Part shown: one piece after another, positions 7,653-15,439 of the stretch
How positions within the stretch are numbered: position 1 is the first letter of the stretch
Layout of the letters: every line of letters begins with the position of its first letter
Assembly (NCBI GenBank): GCA_036507075.1
Contig: DASXQR010000006.1
Coordinates: 1 to 15,483, forward strand
Reading direction: 5' to 3'
From: Acidobacteriota bacterium
GTDB taxonomy: Bacteria; Acidobacteriota; UBA6911; JACQSX01
Length of the DNA stretch: 15,483 nt
The notes under the pieces: model-generated
Databases searched by the model: none
Told to the model about the DNA's origin: nothing
Seen by the model: the letters and a program-made list of their open reading frames with translations, nothing else
Position numbers and translations under genes: made by a program

Positions 7653-9965
7653 TTATTTCAGGACCTTCCCGTCCACGGCGATCCGCAGCTCGAACTTGTC
7701 CTCCACACTGGGCACGAAAAATCCGTGCACGACGGCAAGCCAGTTCCCGGCTCTGGGATCCTTGATCGACGTCGCTTCGGGATTGTTCAAAGTAGCGCCA
7801 TCGACATCGAGGTGGCCGTTCGGATCGATCAGGATCAGATCAATATCATTTGACGGATAGGATCCCCAGTCTTGGCGCCAACCGAGCCGAGCGTCAAGCT
7901 TCAACGCGCCCGCGCTGACCTGAAAGGGCACGACCCTGATCTCGCCATCCAGCAGCCTTCCCTGCGAAGTAAATTGAGGGGCCGGATCCGTCACCGAAAA
8001 GATATTGACCGTTGCGCCTACCGAACTGGCATTGGTCCAGTCTCCGTTGACGCTGACACGCATCAGCCCTGTTTCCGGATTGGGCACCACAAAGGTTCCG
8101 CCTTTGGTAAACTCAAATACCCGGTAATCTCCTTCATCGATCGCGGAGGTCTTGGCGCTGTGAACGGTCAGCAGAATGTCATCCCCGAAAAGAGTGTTCT
8201 GGTTTGCGCCCGTGATCAGGTTTGACAGGCTCACAATCACAGCCGTCGTGTTAGGGTGCACGTGATAATAAATCTCCACCCTTTGCCCCGGCAGCAATCC
8301 CTGTATTACTTGAGTGACGTTTCCGTTCAGCGTCGGCACGCCGGCGGCCTGCAGGATGTTGACGTTGACGTTGGTATTGCCGACGCCGGCTGCTCCAAAA
8401 GTGTCCGGCACTCCGCCGGCCTGAAGCAGGGAGAGAGCACCGGCTGCGTTGACGTAGCCGCTGCCTCGATCAAGCGGCCCGGATCCATCTGTAATCAGAC
8501 CGGGTTTGGCGCTGGCGATCAACGCATTCCTAACCTGCCGGGCGGTCGCTCCCGGCGCTGCCTGGCGAAGAACAGCGGCCACTCCGGCGACAGTCGGGCC
8601 ACTGAAGCTGGTGCCGCTGGCCATGTTGACGACGTTTGTGGAAGAGGAGAAGCCCTGACCAAAGCTGCCAAAACCATTTGCCATCACGTCTGGATCTATA
8701 CGGCCGTCGGCGGTCGGACCGCGCGAGCTGAAATACGCCGTTTGTGTTCGATCGGACGGCCTGAACAATTCCCCAATACCAAGGACACCAAAGTTCAGGT
8801 CCCAGAAGACTCTCTCGTGTACGGGTGAAGAGCTCGCGCCGACTGTGAGCGCGTCGAATCCTGTCGCCGGGCTGGCCCCCGTCGTTCCGCTCGGGCCGGC
8901 GTTTCCGGCGCTCACTACCAGGACGATGTCATGCTCGAGGAACGCTCGAGTCAATTTATCTTCCAGGTCATGACCGGCAAAGATCGTGGAGCCGCCAAGA
9001 CTCATGTTGCAGACCTTAATATTGAGCGCGGTGTATTTTCCACTCGCATCCTTGGTTTCAGGCAATCCGCTGTCAAAGTTCTCGCGCAACTGCAAGACCC
9101 GTTCCATGGCCGCGATGACCCGGGAGGTCGGGGCGCCGCCGGCCGGCGGGAAAACCCGCAGAGCGTAAATGCTCGAAAGAGGAGCCGAACCGATCATGGG
9201 CACACGTGTAGACGTAGAATTTGGGACGGTCTCAACGCACGCGTCGCAGTACTTCTTTAGCGATTTAACCAGGAGCCTCGAGTTTGGAAATGTAAATACC
9301 ACATTGGCGGAAATCATTCCTGCGACGAAGGTCCCATGTCCGTCGTTGGCGATGTTACTGAATCCGAGGCCATCGCCCACCAGGTCTTCTCCACCGATCA
9401 CCGAGCCGTCGAGACTGAGATGAGGGCGCCCGGGGCGTATCCCCGAATCGATGACCGCCACCTTCACTCCCTGGCCTGTGAAACCGGCGGCATGGACCGA
9501 ACCGAGATTCAGAGAAGTGTTGTTGATGAGATAAGCGTCCGGGCTGGAATCAGTAATGGCGGCCAGTTCGCCGGCTGACAGGCTTTCAACCTCGGCGCTT
9601 TCCTCGCTGGCCAGAAGCCGGGTTCCGCTCCGCCGGTCGAGGGCCGCTTGCGGCAGGTTAACCATCAAGTCCTTCGAAACGCATCCGGCGGGCAGCAGTG
9701 CGCGAATGGCGCTCATCGCGTCATCGGGAATTTCCGCTGCAATCGCCTCAATGTAGCGAAATTGATGCGTCACCTTGCCACCGCGCTGCTCAATGGCGGT
9801 GACAACTTTGGAATAAGGCTTGGCTGTTCGAATAAGAACCGCGGCGCCCTGAGTGTAGGGGCTCAAAGCGATGACAGACAAGGCATTCAAAAGCGCTTGT
9901 CGCAGCCGCCATTTCCGACGACTGCCACTTGTCGCAGAAACATCAGTACCTCTGGTTTTACCCAT
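7653..9965 (-). CDS. S8 family (subtilisin-like) serine peptidase with prodomain and C-terminal PPC-like beta domains
   Basis: Triad motifs VAVIDSG, HGTFVAG and SGTSFSGPTVAG; oxyanion SAGN; SSRGPTADGRIDPD. Start taken at ATG 9965 (GGGG SD); the ORF track extends to 10034. Confidence 0.93.
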   Translation of the reverse strand: MGKTRGTDVSATSGSRRKWRLRQALLNALSVIALSPYTQGAAVLIRTAKPYSKVVTAIEQRGGKVTHQFRYIEAIAAEIPDDAMSAIRALLPAGCVSKDLMVNLPQAALDRRSGTRLLASEESAEVESLSAGELAAITDSSPDAYLINNTSLNLGSVHAAGFTGQGVKVAVIDSGIRPGRPHLSLDGSVIGGEDLVGDGLGFSNIANDGHGTFVAGMISANVVFTFPNSRLLVKSLKKYCDACVETVPNSTSTRVPMIGSAPLSSIYALRVFPPAGGAPTSRVIAAMERVLQLRENFDSGLPETKDASGKYTALNIKVCNMSLGGSTIFAGHDLEDKLTRAFLEHDIVLVVSAGNAGPSGTTGASPATGFDALTVGASSSPVHERVFWDLNFGVLGIGELFRPSDRTQTAYFSSRGPTADGRIDPDVMANGFGSFGQGFSSSTNVVNMASGTSFSGPTVAGVAAVLRQAAPGATARQVRNALIASAKPGLITDGSGPLDRGSGYVNAAGALSLLQAGGVPDTFGAAGVGNTNVNVNILQAAGVPTLNGNVTQVIQGLLPGQRVEIYYHVHPNTTAVIVSLSNLITGANQNTLFGDDILLTVHSAKTSAIDEGDYRVFEFTKGGTFVVPNPETGLMRVSVNGDWTNASSVGATVNIFSVTDPAPQFTSQGRLLDGEIRVVPFQVSAGALKLDARLGWRQDWGSYPSNDIDLILIDPNGHLDVDGATLNNPEATSIKDPRAGNWLAVVHGFFVPSVEDKFELRIAVDGKVLK

Positions 9966-10152
9966 AAATCCCCCTGAAAATTCAACTGTTTGCGAGACAC
10001 TTCTGTCGACAGCACCAATTGACTGCTGACGCAATCAGTTGTTGGCGATCATTACCGTTTCGGGTGCACGCCCACCGCCAGGCTTGAAGGTGACGACAGT
10101 TGCGAATGCGAATAATTCAAACCTGACCGGAAGATAAAGATCAGTGCAAAAG

Positions 10153-10353
10153 TCAACGGCTGACCGCGAACTCCTCTCTAGGAATAGCAAGCCAGAGAAT
10201 AAGGTAAGGGATTACACCGGGTAGTCCGCCGGGGAGAATGAGGAAGAAAAAACCGAGCCGGACCCAGAAACTTCGGATCTCGTAATACTCTGCGATGCCG
10301 CCGCAGACACCTGCCAGGTAGCGGTTTCGGGCGCTTCTTCTTAGTTTTTTCAT
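10153..10353 (-). CDS. PspC-domain membrane protein
   Basis: MKKLRRSARNRYLAGVCGGIAEYY...VRL...YLILWLAIP is the PspC signature; ATG 10353 with AGGGGTG SD; 66 aa. Confidence 0.92.
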   Translation of the reverse strand: MKKLRRSARNRYLAGVCGGIAEYYEIRSFWVRLGFFFLILPGGLPGVIPYLILWLAIPREEFAVSR

Positions 10354-10374
10354 ATCACCCCTGTCTTCTGTAAC

Positions 10375-10400
10375 TACGCGTCCGGACTCTCTAAAGTTCC
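10375..10400 (-). promoter_or_regulatory. Putative ECF sigma-factor promoter for the PspC-domain gene
   Basis: Minus strand reads GGAAC (10400-10396)-N17-CGTA (10378-10375), ending 21 nt before the ATG. This fits the AAC...CGT ECF consensus. Confidence 0.55.
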
Positions 10401-10493
10401 GGAACCTCACCCGAAAAATTCCACCCTTGTTTAATTATAGCGAAGCCGCAAAGAAGGGGGGCCGACTCAGGTCGAGTTTGTGCTGCCTGTCGA

Positions 10494-10623
10494 GGAAAAC
10501 TTCACCCACAAAGACACAAGTGGGGCAGGCAGAGGCCGGTCATCTGTCCAAAGGCGAACGCGGCGGTTTTGAAGCTGACCGGCCTCTGCCTGCCCCATTT
10601 GTGTCTTTGTGGTGAAGTTTTCC
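10494..10623. repeat. Palindromic intergenic element F (same family as B)
   Basis: About 48-bp inverted repeat 10494-10542 / 10576-10623 (one bulge, one G-T) with a 33-nt loop. Has CACAAAGACACAA units and the inner GCAGGCAGAGGCCGGTCA module. Confidence 0.95.
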
Positions 10624-10638
10624 GTGGCTTCTGATTTT

Positions 10639-11706
10639 TCACACCTTCTCTCTTTCCGGAAACTCCCCCGGCATCACAGACAACTCAATTTTTTCCGGCC
10701 CTCGAATCACAACCAGCGGGGTTCTTGCGCCCACACGCTCATCGCTGAGCAGCTTGTGCAAGTCGTCAATACCTGCCACCGGCTGCCCGGCGAAATTCAC
10801 GATGATATCGCCTGCGGTAATGCCCGTCTTTTGAGCGGGGCTGTCCGGTTCAGTTGAGACCACCATGATGCCGCTTTCGCGCGTCAAACCATGAAAGCGC
10901 ACGATCCGGCGGTGAAGGGGCACGTTTTGTCCCGCCATTCCAATGTAGCTGCGGCGGATCTTGCCGTCCTTGATCAGGCGGCCGGCGACGAACTTGGCCG
11001 TGTTGATCGCGATGGCAAAACAGATGCCCTGCGCGGGAAAAATCACAGCCGTGTTGACTCCAATCACCTCGCCCCGGGAATTAACCAGAGGACCGCCCGA
11101 ATTTCCGGGATTCAGCGCCGCATCGGTCTGGATTACGTCGTCAATTAATCGGCCCGAACCGGTCCTGAGCGAGCGGCCCAGCGCGCTGGTCACTCCGGCT
11201 GTCACGCTGCACTGAAAGCTGTACGGGTTGCCGATCGCTATTACAAGCTGGCCCACCCGGATCTTCTGCGAATCTCCCATCAGCGCGGGAGTCAGCGCCG
11301 GTGCGCTTATTCTCACCACCGCCAGATCGGTGTGTGGATCGTCTCCCACCAGGTCTGCCTGCCAGGATCGCCCGTCCGTCAGAGTCACACGGATCCAGGT
11401 TGCGTTATGGACCACATGACTGTTGGTTAGAATAAATCCGTCCGGGGTGAACACGAACCCCGATCCGCTCCCGCCCCGCTCGCGTTGAGACGGTCGCCGG
11501 CTCGTTTCTCCATCCCGGCCTGCCTGCCGGACCTCGATATTGACGACCGAAGGGCTCACCTTTTCAGCGGCCGAAATAACCGCCTGCGAATACGCGTCCA
11601 GAAGATCGTCATCAAATCCCGCCGGTTGCGTCCCCGCATGCTCCGGCCCCGCGTGCAAAGGCTCATTCGCCGCCAACCTCATTTCGGCACTGCTCCTGCG
11701 CTTCAT
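10639..11706 (-). CDS. HtrA/DegP-like S1C serine protease with single PDZ domain
   Basis: GSGSGF, TNSHVV, DLAVVRI and IQTDAALNPGNSGGPL; C-terminal PDZ (SPAQKTGITAGDII). ATG 11706 has an AAAGGTGG SD; the ORF track starts at 11715. Confidence 0.95.
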   Translation of the reverse strand: MKRRSSAEMRLAANEPLHAGPEHAGTQPAGFDDDLLDAYSQAVISAAEKVSPSVVNIEVRQAGRDGETSRRPSQRERGGSGSGFVFTPDGFILTNSHVVHNATWIRVTLTDGRSWQADLVGDDPHTDLAVVRISAPALTPALMGDSQKIRVGQLVIAIGNPYSFQCSVTAGVTSALGRSLRTGSGRLIDDVIQTDAALNPGNSGGPLVNSRGEVIGVNTAVIFPAQGICFAIAINTAKFVAGRLIKDGKIRRSYIGMAGQNVPLHRRIVRFHGLTRESGIMVVSTEPDSPAQKTGITAGDIIVNFAGQPVAGIDDLHKLLSDERVGARTPLVVIRGPEKIELSVMPGEFPEREKV

Positions 11707-11749
11707 TGAATCCACCTTTCAATTCATTGGTTTGCGGAGTTGCAAAGAG

Positions 11750-11983
11750 TCCACCACAGAGACACGGAGGACACAGAAAGACAGCGAGAGATGGCCAAAA
11801 GTTCCCTGTGCCCCCCTGTACTACTAACCATGAGAATTTTCGCGGCCCGCGCAAATTATTCGGGAGCGGAGAGACGGCCTGCGGGCCGTCTCAGCTTGGC
11901 AGAACACCGCAGAGAGACGGCCCTCAGGCCGTCTCTCCTTGACTTTTGGTTGCGGCTTCGCCGCGCTAAGCCTCTGTGGTGGA
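11750..11983. repeat. Palindromic element G, right arm interrupted by an insert
   Basis: TCCACCACAGAG (11750-11761) pairs with CTCTGTGGTGGA (11972-11983). The rest of the right arm (CTGTGCCCCCCTGT, 11806-11819) lies 150 bp further left. Confidence 0.8.
11820..11969. mobile_element. Putative 150-bp non-autonomous insertion with sub-terminal hairpins, carrying a REP-like doublet
   Basis: Removing it restores the right arm of element G. Hairpins at 11835-11857 and 11952-11964; no terminal IR or target duplication visible; internal inverted 25-mers at 11868-11892 / 11914-11938. Confidence 0.6.
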
Positions 11984-12084
11984 TCTTTTACACGTTCGAC
12001 GGCTCTGCCCACCATGTCCTAATCTGGATTCATAACATCCCGGAACTCATCATGCAAAGCAGGGGGAAATCTGGTGGCGGCCCA

Positions 12085-13818
12085 CTACGGCGGAAAGTTC
12101 ATCTGGCGCAGCAGATCGAGAAAGCGCGGGTGTGAGCGCAGGACGTCAAGCCTTGGGTCTACTCTGGCAAAGGTGAGTCCGGAGGAGCGTTCTTCGTACG
12201 CCTTTGCCAACCACTCGTACGCCTGATCCTTCTCTCCCAGGCCCAGGAAAAGCAGAGCGAAGTCGTACGGCGAGACGTATTTGCTGTTCGACCGGTCCTT
12301 GAGCTGTTTCAATAGCTTCAATACATCGCTCCGCTGCCCCGCCATTCCACAGGCATGTGCAAGTGCCGCCATCGCTCCCACGCCGCGTCCCGCCGGTGAG
12401 ATCCCCTTCTTGAAGGCGGCGATCGCTTTCCCGTAAGCGGCTTTCTGTTCGTATCCCAGTCCCATGAAGTAGTACGCGTGAGCGTAATGCGGGTCGAGCT
12501 CGAGCGTTTTCGCCGCATACTCGATTACCTGTTCGTACTGGCGGGCCAGAAACAAAATCCCGGCCGCGTTCAAGATCACCGAAGGCGCCACGGGGTCAAG
12601 CTCCAGCGCCCGCATCGCCTCAGCGACAGCCTCCTTCGACCGCCCCAGCGCGGCCAGGCAGTTGGCATAATAGTAATGAGCGGTTCCATAACTCGGGTTC
12701 AAGTCAATGGCTCGCTTGAACCCCTTCTCTGCCGCCTCCCAGTTGAATTGATGAAGATTGAGATGTCCCAGCGACGTATGGGCCTCCGCCAGCGTTTCGT
12801 TCAACTGCAACGCTTTGATGGCTGCCGCATTGGCCTGTGCTGCCGCTTCGAGAGGAGGAAGGTAGTTGTAGTCGAGCAGTCGAAGATAACAATCAGCCAG
12901 TCCGGCGTAACTCGCGGCGTACGCCGGGTCGGTTTCTATTGCGTTCTCGAACTGCCCGACGGCCTTTTGGAGCCCTTCCTTTGCTCGCTTGTTCCAGAAG
13001 TAGCGACCTTTGAGATAAGCCTCGTAGGCCTGGGGGTTGACGGGGCGCACATCCGTTATGCACCCACGCTCCGGCGACGTCAGCTTTACCCTGATCTCAC
13101 CGGCTATTGCCTGGGCCACGTCATTCTGTACGGCAAGAATGTCGTCCAGGTTGCGGTCGTAACTCTCGGTCCAGAGGTGAGTCTGATCGCTTACCTGGAT
13201 GAGCTGCGCAGTGATGCGTACCCGCGGGCCGGCGCGCCGCACGCTGCCCTCCAGCACGTAATTGACGCCCAGTTCCCGGCCGATCTGGTCAATGCCCTTG
13301 GCCGTGTGTTTGTATTTCATCGCTGAAGTTCGAGCAATGATCCCCAGCCGCTCGCGATGCAAACGCCCCAGGTGCGTAATCATTTCCTCGGTCAGACCGT
13401 CGCTGAAGTATTCCTGGTCGGGATCGCTGCTCAAGTTCTCAAAAGGGAGCACGGCCAGCATCATCCTGCCCGCGGCGGAAGGCGGCTGTATTGTCGGGGT
13501 TTCTTTGACCGGAGCGACAAACCGATAGCCGCGCTTTGGAATTGTCAGGATGTATTCCTGCCCCTCGACGCCGTCACCCAGAGCCTTCCTCAGGATGGAA
13601 ATCGTGCGGGCAAGACTTCCTTCTTCGACGAATGCATCGGGCCAGACCTTCTTCAGGAGTTCGTTCTTTTCGACCAACCGGCCGGCGTTCTGCACCAGCA
13701 CCAGCAGGGTATCGACAACCTTCGGAGGGAGCATCACGATCTCGCCCTCGCGCAACAGCAAACGCCCGGCGATGTCCAGGCGAAATCGACCAAACTGATA
13801 GAACTGTCCGCTGGCCAT
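12085..13818 (-). CDS. Winged helix-turn-helix (OmpR/CadC-type) transcriptional regulator with TolB-like domain and TPR repeats
   Basis: N-terminal FGRFRLD, VWPDAFVEEGSL..ISILRKALGD, TIPKRGYRF; AVLPFENLSSDPDQEYFSDGLTEE; LEGSVRR; multiple TPRs; C-terminal DPRLDVLRSHPRF. Confidence 0.92.
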   Translation of the reverse strand: MASGQFYQFGRFRLDIAGRLLLREGEIVMLPPKVVDTLLVLVQNAGRLVEKNELLKKVWPDAFVEEGSLARTISILRKALGDGVEGQEYILTIPKRGYRFVAPVKETPTIQPPSAAGRMMLAVLPFENLSSDPDQEYFSDGLTEEMITHLGRLHRERLGIIARTSAMKYKHTAKGIDQIGRELGVNYVLEGSVRRAGPRVRITAQLIQVSDQTHLWTESYDRNLDDILAVQNDVAQAIAGEIRVKLTSPERGCITDVRPVNPQAYEAYLKGRYFWNKRAKEGLQKAVGQFENAIETDPAYAASYAGLADCYLRLLDYNYLPPLEAAAQANAAAIKALQLNETLAEAHTSLGHLNLHQFNWEAAEKGFKRAIDLNPSYGTAHYYYANCLAALGRSKEAVAEAMRALELDPVAPSVILNAAGILFLARQYEQVIEYAAKTLELDPHYAHAYYFMGLGYEQKAAYGKAIAAFKKGISPAGRGVGAMAALAHACGMAGQRSDVLKLLKQLKDRSNSKYVSPYDFALLFLGLGEKDQAYEWLAKAYEERSSGLTFARVDPRLDVLRSHPRFLDLLRQMNFPP

Positions 13819-13919
13819 CAAAGTAGTTTGGGAAGGAATTCGTCAGAAGAATATCAACTTTCGCGAAGGACTTCTACGAGCTGTGGTCCCTAATATTTGC
13901 CGGAAGGAGGAAATCCAAC

Positions 13920-15224
13920 ATGAGATCCACGCATAGCAGCGATCGAATCTTGAAAGTCGCAACTTTAATATTATTGTCGGCGCTTATGGTTGCGGGGCTG
14001 GCACGTTTGTTCCGAAGTGCGGTAACGGCCTCGCCCGTAAGCTTTCATTCCAAAGTGGGGGTTTTCGATCCGCAGGATGCCGAGAAATATTTATTCGTCT
14101 GGGCGGGCGATCAGGCCCGCACCGCGGCTGATTTCCTGGCCGTGGTCAATTTCGATGAAGGTTCGCCGCAGTACGGTAAGGTGTTAGGCGTCAGTCCGGT
14201 TCCAGGTTCCGGCAACAGCGGCAATGAGCCTCACCATGTGGGCCTCTCCAGTGATGGGCGCGTGCTGGCCTGCGGCGGACTGCTGAGCGTGCTGAAGGGG
14301 CAGAAGGAGATATTTTTCTACGACGTCTCCAATCCCTCCTTCCCGCAATTCATTTCTTCTGCGGACCCTCCGCAGTCGGCAATTACGGATGAATTCTACC
14401 CGCTGGCCGATGGGGGATTCCTGGTGACCATGATGGGAGGGCCGCAGGGACATCATCCTGGAAGAATCGCCGAGTTTGATAAGAATCTGCAACTGGTTGC
14501 AGAGTATCCAGAGGTTCCCCCGCAGGATGGGTTCAATCCTCACGGGATCTCAGTCAGACCGGAGATCAATCTGATGGTCACCAGCGATTTCGTTTGTCCT
14601 TCGACCACGCTGCACGCCGTGCCCGGCAGCTTGGATCTTCGCGGGAGTATTCGCGTGTGGAATTTCAAAAAGAGAAAGATTGTTCAGACCATCAAGCTTC
14701 CCACGCCGGCCGGCACCATCGACGTGAAGCTGATCCCGGGAGACAAAAAAGGCCGCGCTTACACGGCGGGAATGGCGGATGATCGGCTTTACTTGATCGA
14801 CCCGGAAGCAGGCACCGCCAAAGCCGTGTTCGATTTTTCTCTGATTGCAAAAGGAGGATTCCCTCAGTTGATGCGCACTACCCGGGATGGTCAGAGGCTG
14901 TTTGTTTCGATGAATGCCGCCGGCAGAGTAGCCATGTTTGACACGTCAAGACCCGCAAGGCCGCGACTGCTGAGTGTTCTCGATCTGGGGCCGAATTCCG
15001 GACCGCACTACATCGCACTGACCGAGGACGAAAAGCGCCTGGTGATTACGGACTACTTCCTGAATGAGGACGACTTTGGAAAAGTTCACGCCGAGGGAGA
15101 CCATCGTGTCCACGTCGCCAGGGTCTCAGCCGAAAAACTGGAGCTGGATCCGAAATTCCAGCTCGACTTCAACACCGCATTCAACGGCAGACCGACGCGC
15201 CCTCACGGGGTAGCTTTCAAGTGA
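13920..15224 (+). CDS. Selenium-binding protein (SBP56)-like exported beta-propeller protein
   Basis: AGGAGG SD; N-terminal hydrophobic segment; DFLAVV, YGKV, NEPHH, NPHG, GPHY and RPHG motifs; repeating beta-blade pattern. Confidence 0.75.
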   Translation: MRSTHSSDRILKVATLILLSALMVAGLARLFRSAVTASPVSFHSKVGVFDPQDAEKYLFVWAGDQARTAADFLAVVNFDEGSPQYGKVLGVSPVPGSGNSGNEPHHVGLSSDGRVLACGGLLSVLKGQKEIFFYDVSNPSFPQFISSADPPQSAITDEFYPLADGGFLVTMMGGPQGHHPGRIAEFDKNLQLVAEYPEVPPQDGFNPHGISVRPEINLMVTSDFVCPSTTLHAVPGSLDLRGSIRVWNFKKRKIVQTIKLPTPAGTIDVKLIPGDKKGRAYTAGMADDRLYLIDPEAGTAKAVFDFSLIAKGGFPQLMRTTRDGQRLFVSMNAAGRVAMFDTSRPARPRLLSVLDLGPNSGPHYIALTEDEKRLVITDYFLNEDDFGKVHAEGDHRVHVARVSAEKLELDPKFQLDFNTAFNGRPTRPHGVAFK

Positions 15225-15283
15225 ACAGTGATAAGGGGCATGAGTTACCAGTTGTTTAGCCGCATCGATTCAGCGGAGACACG

Positions 15284-15305
15284 GCGCGGCTGGGCCGTAA
15301 CCAAA
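15284..15305 (+). mobile_element. Second copy of the hairpin terminus GCGCGGC-NNN-GCCGYAACCAAA
   Basis: 18/22 identical to the reverse complement of 11945-11966. Differences are the 3-nt loop and one stem C>T. Confidence 0.6.
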
Positions 15306-15315
15306 GAGCCGAATC

Positions 15316-15439
15316 GCCACGAAGGCACGAAGATCTAAACTGATCTTACAGTGCTACTTTTAGGAACGTGATAGTGGATTTCGTAATGTGTCACTTCAGG
15401 ATAACCACGGAAACCTTCGTGTCTTCGTGCCTTCGTGGC
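15316..15439. repeat. Palindromic element H
   Basis: Perfect 18-bp IR GCCACGAAGGCACGAAGA (15316-15333) / 15422-15439 made of octamer units, enclosing an 88-nt AT-richer interior. Confidence 0.88.

Noticed and set aside
10440..10451. GCGAAGCCGCAA, a 12-nt match to the insert terminus
   Set aside because: It lacks the 5' stem half and the CCAAA tail; too short to call a third copy.
219..10623. CRISPR interpretation of the 31-35-nt unique loops in A, B and F
   Set aside because: The flanks are inverted rather than direct repeats, the elements are dispersed, the B and F loops resemble each other, and there are no cas genes.
13831..13896. Possible 11-bp-phased TCA repeats and TAATAT -10 box in the divergent promoter
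   Set aside because: Too degenerate to support an operator or promoter call.
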